A DNA stretch of 64,000 nt from NCBI GenBank assembly GCA_002633005.1, contig NMRA01000080.1:339291-403290 (forward strand). Direction: 5' to 3'. Made by a program: the position numbers and the translations under genes. This document shows positions 25,501-37,210 of this stretch, piece after piece (position 1 is the stretch's first letter; the number at the start of each line of letters is the position of its first letter). This DNA is from Phoronis australis (lineage: Eukaryota; Animalia; Phoronida). Under the pieces are notes generated by a model. The model saw nothing but the letters and a program-made list of their open reading frames with translations, was not told the DNA's origin and did not search any database.

Positions 25501-28500
25501 CCTGTGACTTGTTATCTAGGTGCCATCTTAGCACTATTCTCATGAAATAATTTCCTGGAACCTCTTTCCGTCATTCATGGTAATCAGTTATAAGAACTGA
25601 CATGCCAGATAAAGGTAGATTTTGACTCTGTTTAGTTGAATTCTAAACTTGAGTGCTTTGGGGCTCTTGCAAAGTCATGGTAGCCTTTTTCCAACCTCCA
25701 GCATGAAGACAACTTTGTGCAAGCCGAAAATGGAGTGAAGTTTGTGACTGTATTGAATTTTCCTTACTTTTCGGAGGAATGGCATTTCTAGATGATATTT
25801 AGAGAGTCAATTGATGCCTTTCAACGGAATAGTCAGTGACATACCGGGACCAGTCGACCACTGCAGCAGTGGCCATTTTGTCCTATTGTCCAGTTGTCCC
25901 ATTGTCCCAAAAATCACCTGTCATATTTTGATCAAGTTTGGCACTTTTGTTTACTTTCATTTTGCAAAGCAGGCAACAAGATTATTTCTCGCAATTTAAA
26001 ACCTATTTGATAGTGTATTCAGTCTCACGACTGTCCCTTGCCTATGTTAATTTTATCAATGAATAGTGAACAAGGAAATTGTATTTAACCTTGAATGATT
26101 TTGACCTTGTGGTGCATGACTGTAAGCATGGTATTACAGGTGCAACAATGATGGACTGCTCTGTGCATCATTTAAGGAAATCCAGAGCACTTAGTCTGTG
26201 TGCTTCGATCAATGCCTTATAAGGGGTTTCTCAGGGAGCTGTTTTAGTACATGGATCGTGGAGTTGGAGGCAAATTAGGTCCAAATAATGCTTTAGTATC
26301 CAATGTTGATCTTTGTTCCTTTCTTTAAGATACATGCAGTGTTTCCCTGAAACAGGTTGTAAAGGTTATAAAAGGCAGTCTTCAGAATTCTGTAACTGAT
26401 AGCCTTTTGTGCAGCCACCAGGGCTCTGTTACATGGAGTTTTTGTCTGCTTCCTGGTTTGTCAATGTAATAACCACAGGTAAGACTTGGAAGGATGGGTG
26501 TGGGTGACAGGTTTGTCTTTGAGTGGAAGCTCATGTATCTATGCTCGACTTGTAAACTGTTTATATTGGAATACTGAAGATTGACTGCAAATGGGAAACT
26601 GGCAGTGGCAATTCTTTTCTTATTTTGGACAAAAATAATTGCCAATATTATAATTTTTTTATTCGCAAAGGTTGATAGGGTTGTTGGGATTAATGAGAGC
26701 TACTAAGACTGCATCCTACATGGTACAGTAATTGAAAATTGTTGAGAATTTTCAAACATTTTGGGACCAAACGTTCTCAGCTAAATTGCAAACCATTTTA
26801 GCATTGTTTTTCATGTGGTTTCCTTCTTGGTCATTGCCTGTTGAAAACTACTTTCTGGAGTCTTTGGGTGAAGGCTTTGTTAGTTTAGTTTTTTCCAAAG
26901 GAGTGCTGACTATAACAGCAACAACAACAACAACAACAACAACAATTGTGTGAGAATGTTCGTAGTAATTGCAAGCTCTGCAATTTACTGTTTTTGACAA
27001 ATTTTAGTGGTTCAAACAAGCAGGTGATATCTCAGCTGTACAGCTTGGGGTACCAGTATTTATGATTAAGAAAATAGATTGTGGATATGGAGTTACTGGT
27101 ATCTTCATTCTTGTCAGCAGCAACATTATGTGGACAGGACATGCTCATTTAGGTACCTAGTATTAGCTAAATGTAGGTGAAAAAAAACTGGAATGATATG
27201 GATTTCTTTTCCATGTTTGACTTGCGGTTAACAAAATGCTGCAAATATTTTTGCTAAAGCTGAAAATGGAATTGCCATCGTATACTTGGGATAGCTTTGT
27301 CTTAGCTGTACAATGTCGATCCCGAATTTTGCGATGTATCTGGGAGGTCAGGTGAAGATTTTCATAAAATTTGCATGAGTTGAATTTGCAGGAGTTGTAT
27401 TTTCGCTCAGCTCAAAGTTCCGTGGCATGGTTGTTCTAGTTTGAGCTCTCAGCCCTTCAATATAAGTTGGACTTCCTCTTACTAGGGTAAAATCACTTGT
27501 ACGTCTAATACACGAGTTTTTCTAGAGTGAGATTTGTTATATTACGCCATCCTTTTTGTTAAGCTCAGAAGTGCCATCTATATTGCAGATGGAGCACTGG
27601 TTTTGTTTCCTGGTGTTAGGAATCCTATATTATTAGCTTAAGATTAAGGTTTAGTGCTCCATGGTCCTGTAACGGTGCCATATCTAACTTAGTTATTGTC
27701 TGTAAGAAGACCTTTGCTATGCTGCTAAGGTAAATTTATTTGCTTAAAAGCGCTTACGTCACACCAAGATCATAGTATTGTCAGCATGCATTGGCACCAT
27801 TTGATTACTGACCAGGAAGTTGAGCCCATGTAATGTTCTTGTATAAAGCTGTGTTTTGCACTCCAGGGTCAAGGGTCATTGAGGTTATATCATGACCGTG
27901 ACATGCACATTTTTTCCAGCTATGCTAGAGTTGATGTGATTGGTTGCTGCATCGTGATGGCCGCTGTGCAGCAACTTCCTCATCGAGTGTTAATTAGTGT
28001 ATGTGCCAGGCAGCACCTGGGCCCTTCATGTGTCTATTGTACATACAACACAGCTTCAGCACGTGTACTTGCTGACCAAAGTAAAAGTAGCGGAAATTAT
28101 TTACTGTCGCATCATTTTCTTTGTTCCGCAACTAATTTAGCCTTGCTAATAACATGATGCTTGTGGCGTTGGATATTACCAGTTTAGTATGATTGTCTGG
28201 CATTTCTCATCAATGTTTTATCGCGTTAGAGCATGAGTTAATCGGCGGAGAGTGGTAATGTGTACCACACTAGAAAGTGGTATTGTGTACCATGTTATGA
28301 AGTGCTAATGGTTATCACAGAGGAGAGTTGTATTGTGTACCACGTTACAGGGTGGTAATGTGTACCATGTTAGAAAGTGGTATTGTATACCTTGTTACAA
28401 AAGTGTTAAAAATGTTTATCACAGTTGAGAGTTGTATTGTGTACCACAGTACAGAGTGGTAATATTTACCACCATAGAAAGCGGTATTGTATGAAAATGT

Positions 28501-31500
28501 TTCTCAGTAAATTTGAACTGTATACCACGTTGCAGAGAGATAACAGGTACCATATTGTAGTTGCACCACTTTAGGACTAGGTGGGAAGAGTGGTGTTCTG
28601 CACAGGATTTATGGACTTGACAGCACAGTTTTTCAGGAATTGTTGATTTCGAGAAGAATTAACAAAACTGTCACAGATATTTTCCTGAACAGGTTGATTT
28701 TATTATTTCGTCATTTGCTCAATGAACTTTGTCGTAAACATGCTAAAAAGGCGATAAGACTGAACAAAATGCAAATGAAACCAATTTGAAAAGTTGCCTG
28801 AATCAAATAATGAGAAAATGAATTCAGAAAGGTTTTGCTAGGAGTAAGTCCAGGGAGTATCACTTCGATAAGTCGACTAACCATGGGTCTGCTTTGGGAC
28901 AGTTACATATTGACAGTTTTGGACCCAGCAAGAAAAGCAATACCCTGTACAGTTCTACCATTGTGTTGCATCTTTGTACAACACCTCGCATTCTTTTGCA
29001 GATCAAGATCTCCTCACTCAGCTAGAAAAGGAAGGGGTCCTAACGTTCACGCCGTCGCGTCGTATCAACGGGAAGCGTGTTGTGTGCTACGACGATCGCT
29101 ACATCATCAAGCTAGCCTCGGAAACGAACGCCATCGTCGTCTCCAATGACAACTATCGCGATCTACTGAACGAAAGCCCTGAGTACAAGAAAGTGATTGA
29201 CGAGAGACTACTGATGTATTGTTTTGTCCAGGACCAGTAAGTTCTGGAATTATGAATATTAACTTTGCTATGGTGGGCACGTTACTTGTGATAGACAGTT
29301 ATTGAGGGGGCACAATTCTAACGATCTCCCCCTTTCATCCTAATAGCACACCTTTCAGTTTTCCTATTCCCTATGGATACCCTTTTTGAATTGTAGAGAT
29401 ATCGAGGAGAGTCCAGGAATTTGAGTTTCGGTTCCTGTGACTTCAAGCAGAATTCTTTTGCACCATGTTGTTTGAGGAGGTATGCTCGATTGCCGCAAGC
29501 CTTATTTTGTAGACAAAATAGACTCACATGTCTTTCGAGGATGTTGTTTCTTTGAGAACAGTCCTAAGATTGGTTAATAAAAATTAAGTATTTCTCTTTT
29601 GCTAAACACAGGCAAATTCCTTAGAAAAAAGTGTGCCACATAGGTCTTCCCTTGTTGTCTTAGAAATTACGAAGTTCATAGACCCAGGACACTTGCAGCT
29701 AGAAATCATGGCTTATGGAACAGAAAGAATGAATTCTATTCCATTAATTCAACATTCTAACCTCATCGACGAATCAGCCGCCGTTTTGCTTGTTATGCTA
29801 GTAGTAGGTACCGAGCATACTCGCGAAACACTCTCCTTTGGCTCGCGTGATTTTGTGTGGTCATGCTTGTTTTTGACATTTTTGCATCCACGGAATATTC
29901 AATGTTACTGTACACCACTTGGGATACTCTTGCTCTCATCTAAGTTTAAGGGATGCACGAATGTTTATTTTAATTTCGCATTTGTATTTTCCCGCTCGTC
30001 AATATGACCGCGGAAAAACCCAGGTAAAATGACCCAAATAATTTCCGTGCCTGGATAACGCATATAGAAAAACCCATGAAAAAAATTGTGGGATAAATAA
30101 AAGTTGTCGTGTTACTAGTCAAACCACGAGTTTGTGTTCTCTGTTATGCTTGTCAGCAATCTTAGCAAATCGGGATGCTTTGAGGTGGAAAAACTCATGG
30201 AAAATCAAGATTATATGGTGGAAATTTCATGCAAAACCCGTGGAAATGAAAAGAAGCAATACAAGTGGCAATGCTGGTTCGATTGTTCAGGAGATATTTT
30301 CAATAAAGGCGATAACATTTGCACTTGTCAAACCTAATTGAGTTAAAATTTTGAAATGGTGCTAGGAAAATATGCTCGCTACTAGGATCTACCCTTATTT
30401 ATGAAGCACTCTTGATAAATGAATTTTCACTTGTGTTCTGTCATGGCCTGAATGATTATTTTATGTTATGAATGATTGTTTGTGAAGATGTTATTGCCAG
30501 GTGTAAACGACAGTCTTCAATTACTCACAGGTGTGTCCCAAGATTGTAGTCATCCTAGTTGTGCCCGCACCCTGTGGCTTTAAGAGATCAATGTACATTA
30601 TAATAATAACATTGTTTTATTCATCAAAACCCGACTGGGATGTTAATTTTACTTTAGTTAAACCTTCTATAAACTGGCTGTAAAGTCAGGCAAGGGAATC
30701 CCAAACCTCTGGCCTTGTTTAACTAGGAAAATAAAAAATATATTGCTTTAAATGTCTTCCCTCATATTTGGAACTTCTACAATTTTTAAGTAAAACTTGA
30801 CTAAGCCTGTATGCCACTTGTATGACTACTGACAAACAAGGCAGAAACTGAATTAAAACTAAGGTGTGACCACAACATTCATTTTGCGTTGTTATTGAAA
30901 ATAAAACTGGTTAACTATTAGAGTGTTATTTGATCATGGTGGAATTTCCCAAAAGATTTCGATTTTCAGTTTCATTTTTGCCGTGGTTGTTTGCAGAATT
31001 GAAATTTGGTCACATGCCAAAGTTCCTGTCGTTCTCCAGTTCGAATGTGTCGGATCTTTTTGTTTTGCTGCTTGTCAGTTGCCAATTGAAAGCAGTTTAC
31101 TTATTCCTACTGTCTCGCGAACATGCTGTGATATTTGCCTGTTGTTTGCTATGCACATGAAGCCAGGCTTTCCTCTTTGAAAACGATAAAATGGTAGGTG
31201 TTGCTTTTGAAAGCTTGGGTAGCAGTCTGAATTTTTTTTGCGTTGTGGACCCTGTTGTCCACCCACCAGTATGCGGAAGAATCTCATTCAATTTTGGACA
31301 AAATCAATGCCAACGTTTTCCAAAGGGTTTTAACAATGCTATGAATGCTCTCAATTTCTGATGATTGGTGTAGACTTAAAATGACCGATTCCATTTCGTT
31401 GGTTCTACCAAAAAAGAATTCTTTCGCTTGTCTGCGACACTGTTACCTAAATTGGTGAGATTTTACTGTTATTGATGGAATGACCAAAATTGCCAATTGT

Positions 31501-34493
31501 CTCATGACAGATAATGCCCTCATAACTAGTGTCCATTTCTGGTTATATGCCCACCCATGAATTTTTGGATTTGGAAATTTCCCTTAACCACCCTGGGGGT
31601 TAGTCAAATGTTTACTGTAGCGCTCATCTGTTTGTCAGTTTAAAGATTTTATGTTAGTTTTACCAAGAAGTTATATAGAAAAGAAGGAATAAAACTTGAA
31701 TACGAAATCAAATAAATAGGCACTGGTCATTTACAGGTATCCTGGATTTTGAGAACCTGTTCGAAGCGTGTTATTCTGTGGCAACTGGCTCTCGAAATCT
31801 GAGAACCCTTTATTAAAGTGACTTTTATCTTATAATACATACAGAGGATGATGGGTTTACTCACTAAAATTAATTTCAGGGCTTCGTCTATGTTTTCCAT
31901 CTATTTTGTGAGTTTTCCCAGCTCCGTTACAAACTCAAACTTGGGGACATATCTCCTATTTTTTTCTCACGGAACGTGTTTCTCTCCCCCTAGTTTCATG
32001 CCACCTGACGACCCTCTGGGTAGAAATGGACCCAGCCTGGAGAACTTCTTGCGGAAGGAACCCACTGTACCTGGTCCCGTGCCGGCTCCGTGTCCCTATG
32101 GCAGGAAGTGCACGTACGGCAACAAGTGCAAGTTCTTTCACCCGGAGCGAGGCCTGAAGCCGCAGAAGTCGGTTACAGAGAGCATACAAGAGGTGTCTCG
32201 CCAGAGGCTTCAAGAGATCTGCGAAAAAGATGCCAAGAAGTTGGTAACAAAAGGTTAGAGAGAACACAATAGTGTGATGTGGATTCTGTTGTATTTGCAA
32301 TGTGCAATTTGTCCAGCCACGATTATTGTTTAAAACATAGCTCTTTGTTGAGACAGTATGATGCGACTTCTGACTAGTTAAACTTTAGAGTTTTCTTTTT
32401 AATTTTGCTCCAATTTTAGCTAAAAAGCAATGCAATGATTTTGATGAAAACTTCAGGAAAAGTTGACAATGGGAAAGAGGGTCTAGCTTGTAGCGGCGTG
32501 GCTTATCTGCAAAACAATAGGAAAACGTCGCAGTAAATTGCAACAGTACTTACGTAACAGTATTATTGCAGTGCTTGAGGCCGAATGTGCAAATATCTTG
32601 AGTTAGAGCTATTTAACTCGGGAATATATGCAGTTAATAGGTATTACAGTTACAATGTATTACGACGAACTGCTTGGACTCGTGTAATTTGCTGCTTTGT
32701 TGATGTGTACGTGTCGTGTAAACGGTCGATTCGCTTTTTTATAGAACTACGTTTTATTAACGATGTTGATTGTTGGCCAAATTAATAGGAAGAAACTCAG
32801 AACAATTGTTGTCAGCCTTGTGTGTTTACATAAGACATTCCAACGTTTCGATGAAAATTACTCCACCATTTTCAAAGAAAATATCCAACCACCCCTAGTA
32901 TGGTCATATTTTCAGTATACTCGCGAAATTGGTGTCAGCTTTGAATACATCGTTATTTAATTTTGAGCAAGAGGGCTATGAATGATAGTTACTCTCATGC
33001 CTCTAGCAACTGTAAACAAACTCAGTCTTGAATAAGTCAGTCAAATTCAATGAAGTACCACAGTTGTTGTAACCTGCAAGTGATTCGTTTCAGTTGAGAC
33101 TGGTGGCAAGCAGACGATGAACAGCAAACGGCTGGCTGCGAGGACCATCACGCAGGTCAACTCCATCCCAGATTATAACAGTCAGTCGGTACCACCTCCC
33201 TTGCCATCAAGGTCCCATGAGAATCCTCCACTCAGTCAGTCGACACCCCATGTCCGCAGTGCCGAATGTCTACTGGATCAGCAGGAGACTGTGTCTAAAG
33301 CGTTTACTGGGAGTAGAAGAGGCCCTACTCTAAAGGTGTCTCTGTCAGGTAATGAGAAGACCAACGGACATCTACTTCATCACTGGAACTCTGATCTGCA
33401 TGACACTCTGCGCCCCACAAACTCTGACCCCAACCTGTTGTTTTCAGGTATTGATGATGGTGGTCATTTGGCCCTGGCCAAAAAATTGTCCGATGAAGGG
33501 TGCCAGGTGCCCTCTAGTGCACAGGTCACCCTGAGAGCAAAAGGGATGTCCTCACCGAAACCTTTTGACACTGGTGACATTAGTAATATTCACAGGAAAC
33601 TGCAACGTCAGCTAACACTTAAAGGATCTGAGGATCCTCGTGTTAAACAGCATTATCCAGATGTCCAGTCACAGCCACACTTACAGAGTCAGCTTGGCCA
33701 TAGGCAATTTCAAGAGAGCACAAGCTTCCCATTAAGTGACTCGTTTCTGAGCCACAGCAACTCATTTTCGTCAAATAACTTCTCATCGTTGCCAGAAAAA
33801 CTGCACCCTAATGCCGCCAACAAGGCGCCTGGTTTTGACCGGCACTCATTGCAGAGCCCCGTCGAAATGCGCAATAGCTGGCCAGACACCGCACGGCAGC
33901 AACGGCACACCCAGAGTCACATTCTCAGCCAGCATGGAGGTCTGTCACCATTGGTGGGTCGGGGAACTTTGCCCTACCCAGAGACGGACCAGAATAGTCG
34001 AGGGACTTGGCCCTCGAATTCATTCAACAATGCTTACCAACAGCACAGACCGTTCTCACCTTACCAGCACGAGTTCTACCATCAGGAAATGTCAGGAGCC
34101 TCTTCACCTGTTGTCTTGCAACAGTTCTACCACCAAACGCATCCAACACCGCCAGTACAACAACAACAGCAGCAGCAGCAGCATCATCAACATCAGCATC
34201 AACATCAACAACAGTACTGTCCTGAAACCTATCCAGTGACCTATTCGCCGTTCGCTCCACCTTACGCATCACCCTCATCCCCACAGCCCCCGTCTCTCCC
34301 TCCGAGGGCTGTGACCATAGTACAGCCCCCCGGGTTTGATGACGGTGCCCCCATCCTTCCACAGGATCCGCGCTACAACATGTACTACTACTTGATTGGA
34401 CTGTTCGCCGAAGAGAAAGTACGAAAGGTGATGAACAGGTATCCAGAGGAAAGGAACCCACAACAGATATGCGCTCACATACTCAACATGTGA
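8236..34493 (+). CDS. ZC3H12: Regnase/MCPIP (ZC3H12-family) endoribonuclease with N-terminal N4BP1/KHNYN-like di-KH region; spliced CDS join(8236..8460,20712..21406,24912..25051,29002..29236,31994..32253,33094..34493), 984 aa
   Basis: Six exons with GT-AG introns and matching phases (0,2,1,2,1) total 2955 nt = 985 codons with no internal stop. PIN motifs [13 protein letters not shown] and SNDNYRD; [19 protein letters not shown]; CCCH finger [17 protein letters not shown]; C-terminal helical domain. Exons 2-6 are very secure; exon 1 is somewhat less so. Confidence 0.92.
10476..10557. repeat. (CA)n microsatellite
   Basis: Directly visible. Confidence 0.97.
11403..13100. mobile_element. Kolobok-like non-autonomous DNA transposon
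   Basis: TTAA on both sides (11399-11402, 13101-13104); TIRs AGGAGAATACCA / TGGCATGCTCCT (10/12); subterminal inverted TGACGTCA blocks at 11538-11553 and 12960-12975. Confidence 0.65.
16222..17496 (-). mobile_element. HINE/Helentron-like non-autonomous element, copy 1, with ~145-bp internal tandem units
   Basis: Reverse-complement relative of 49604-50678: same terminal hairpins, partial subterminal IR, GACG-type microsatellite remnant, eight internal units. Confidence 0.75.
20382..20470. mobile_element. 89-bp TA-flanked mini-MITE (Tc1/mariner-like)
   Basis: Perfect 16-bp inverted termini TACCGTAATCGTTCGG / CCGAACGATTACGGTA. Confidence 0.75.
20712..21406 (+). CDS. ZC3H12: ZC3H12-like exon 2 (second KH-like unit, Ser-rich linker, UBA-like NTD, start of PIN domain)
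   Basis: ctttctttcag|AAA acceptor; [11 protein letters not shown]...QNDLLSELI (Regnase NTD); [13 protein letters not shown]; donor AG|gtaaga. Confidence 0.93.
24912..25051 (+). CDS. ZC3H12: ZC3H12-like exon 3 (PIN domain), absent from the ORF track
   Basis: tgtag|C CAT...; translates (S)[46 protein letters not shown]; donor G|gtaagt. Confidence 0.96.
26914..26945. repeat. (ACA)n microsatellite
   Basis: Directly visible. Confidence 0.9.
28248..28555. repeat. Degenerate ~23-bp minisatellite (agtggtaatgtgtaccacgttac-like)
   Basis: About 12 diverged tandem copies in ZC3H12 intron 3. Confidence 0.8.
29002..29236 (+). CDS. ZC3H12: ZC3H12-like exon 4 (PIN catalytic core)
   Basis: ttttgcag| acceptor; DQDLL...[21 protein letters not shown]...VSNDNYRDL...[11 protein letters not shown]; donor CA|gtaagt. 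Confidence 0.97.
31994..32253 (+). CDS. ZC3H12: ZC3H12-like exon 5 (end of PIN domain, CCCH zinc finger)
   Basis: ccccctag| acceptor; [41 protein letters not shown]; donor AAAG|gttaga. Confidence 0.96.
33094..34493 (+). CDS. ZC3H12: ZC3H12-like exon 6 (low-complexity S/P/Q/H region and C-terminal domain)
   Basis: cgtttcag| phase-1 acceptor in frame with the 458-aa ORF; ends [40 protein letters not shown], matching the Regnase CTD pattern. Confidence 0.93.
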
Positions 34494-37210
34494 GTGTTGT
34501 GCGCAAAACACTCATCATTACAACTCACTGAAATATATCACGAGTGTGCACGACTGTATAAACTGGGCATTTAAAAGGACAATTTGGAAATATCAGCATG
34601 CCAGTATTAACCCAGACAATTATGGTGCTTGTGCACTACCAGCTTGTGGATGAAGGATCCAGATGCAAATACCGAATCTTATATAACAGCACTTAAATTT
34701 AAAACAAACTGAGCGTGGCTGTATGAAAAGACAGCCATAGAACTGTGGGGAATGAGAGAGGTCAGGTTTACCAATGGTGTTGGGACCTTCAAGTTCAAGA
34801 CGTGAAGAATTTGTGTCGCAGTTATTTTTTTCGTGTTCGTTTTGAGGATAAAGCAAATCTCACGTGATGGTTCATTGTCTGTTAACTTGGTAAATGTATG
34901 TAATGTGATGCTCGTTTTGCTTTTAATTAAGACTAATTCTGTTATGAACAGGATCAGGGAGTGGCTTTATTTGATTCGGATTGATACCTTATAACCATTG
35001 ATCAGCTAAACCTCAGTTGTGTGGTTGGGGAGCGGACTGGAACAGTTTAATATGTTTACCAAGTCTCTTTATTATTTAACTGCCAAAGAGTTTTTGGGTA
35101 AAACATTTCAAATGATTTAGTGATATTTTTGCCTTATAAGCTCGTTTCTTCGGCCAAATTTCAAACTTCGACAAATGTTTTCAACACTTTTTGAAAAATT
35201 CCAGATCTACGGGTCGATAGTGATTACTGTAGAATTCATTTTTTGTATTCCCCAGACCTGATATTTATTTACTAACCATATATACTCCCTATATACTCTA
35301 AATTCCTTCACAATTTGGGTTACCTTTAGACTGAATAAATGGACAATTTAGTATGCTTAAGTGTAAATTTAAGGTATATGCTCAAGGAGCACTGTGAGAT
35401 GAGTCTATTTTCACCTGTTTGTATTTTTTCCATTTCTGATGAGAGCATCGTTAACATTGTCATTGTGAATACGTGTATGTTGTGGAGACTTAAAAGCTAT
35501 ATTTTTAGAGGCCATATTCCGTGCTAGAGACACTGCCGTGAACTTTCGATTTATTATTTTCAACTGAATGTGCGTATATTTGCTTTTTTGTGGGTACCGC
35601 TGGATCGGAAACAAAACTGTTTCATGCACATTTGCATACAGGGGAATGGGAGATATTGTATGACTGGTAGGGTGTTCTTCTGGGTTAGAGCCAAAGACTT
35701 GTTAATTTAAAAAAATAAAAACTCTGGCCTTGGGCTTCAAGTTGAGCATTGGCACTGAAAATGAAAACTTTTTGAAGTCAGAAATGTTTTCCCAAACGAA
35801 AGAAGACCATGTTCTTATTGCAGTTTATATTCAGGCAAATCGTGTACATTTTGGGAGTTGAAATAATGTTCTCATGAGCTGAAATGACGTTCCCATGAAC
35901 TGAAGTGATGTTCACATGGTAGCATAAAAGAACTAAAAGCTTCAACTGTTTTATGATCCAAAGCGCTAACTGGGTCAAACCGAAATGGCAATTTCAAAAT
36001 GGAATAAATCAAGTTTGTGTCCGTGAGTCTTCCCTTTGATAGTCAAGGAACTTCATTCAGTCTACAACTTATGTAATTAGGAATACTGTCTGGCTGTATT
36101 AAATCCCAAAACAAAGGGATCCACTCCAAAACACAAACATATTACAATGGTTTGCATAGATGGCATTGCATGGAGATTTGACTTAATTATATGTATGTAT
36201 AATTGAACCGAAAAATGGAAGTTTGGAAATAACGGGATTAAAGCTAACTAACCCGAATGAGTATGGTACTTCTGAATCACGTTCTTCCCTGCTTTTTATG
36301 CGTTGTCTCGTGGTCCAGTGGATTACTTAAACTTGGTAGGAATAAAACGACAAAACTTTTCACGAGAGCATTCATACTGGGATACATGCACACCGTCAGA
36401 TGTTGCCAACTTCAGTCGAGCATCATCAGTTGGTGATTAATGATTGTACAAAAAACTACAGTACATCACCCTCTGTAAGAATCACATAGAATGCAGTGAC
36501 ATCAAGGTCATGCTGTTTGCTGTGGAACCATTTCTTGGTTGTATTGTGGCCGATGATGCTGGACCAAAGTTCATTGAAATGTCGTACAGTCTATATCCAA
36601 ATATACACTGTGCATATGTATATATCCGAATACGAATATTCTTGGAAAAGTTTTTTATTTTATATAGCTAAAAATTGATATTATATCACTTGAAACTAGT
36701 TTTCTATAAAAATGTGTGTTGCATATGCTGGATATTGTACAAATGCCCGCAAATTATTGCCCAAGGTTTGAAAGTTAAGTCAAGCAGGTGGTTTTCTATT
36801 ATATAGAATTCAACCTGCACCAGTTTGTTGTCTATTATATAGACACCAGAATCATACTGGACTGTTAGATTTCAAATTGTTTCAAGTGTTATGAACGTAA
36901 ACATTTTTCCAGCACACTTAGCTATTCAATAGTTCTCAATTGTACTGTTAGTTGTAATTCAAACCCCACTGTCAGTACTATTGTATTTAGAGACTTACAT
37001 AATTATAGTTGACAATGTTTACTCCATGTTAAATTGGTAATTGTTGAAGAACTGTATATGGATTAGTTAGGATTGACTTAAGTTTCGTGCACATTTTAGC
37101 CAAATTTGTGAGCTAATACTGTCGTTCTTCTCATTGTGTATTGAGTGCAGAATGTCTTTTGTGTTGTGGTTTATTTGGTTGTACTAAAATAAAATGTCAC
37201 ATGTCTTCAC
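34494..37210 (+). other. Probable long 3' UTR of the ZC3H12-like gene
   Basis: AU/UGUA-rich with no long ORF; AATAAA at 35334, 35714, 36003, 36341 and 37188. The true end is uncertain. Confidence 0.55.
36784..36845 (+). promoter_or_regulatory. Twin UAU-triloop stem-loops (Regnase/Roquin CDE-like decay elements)
   Basis: TTCTAT-TAT-ATAGAA (36794-36808, extended by GCAGGT/ACCTGC) and TGTCTAT-TAT-ATAGACA (36829-36845). Confidence 0.6.

Noticed and set aside
33710-34511. Alternative-frame and antisense ORFs over exon 6
   Set aside because: By-products of a GC-richer low-complexity coding exon; no recognisable motifs.
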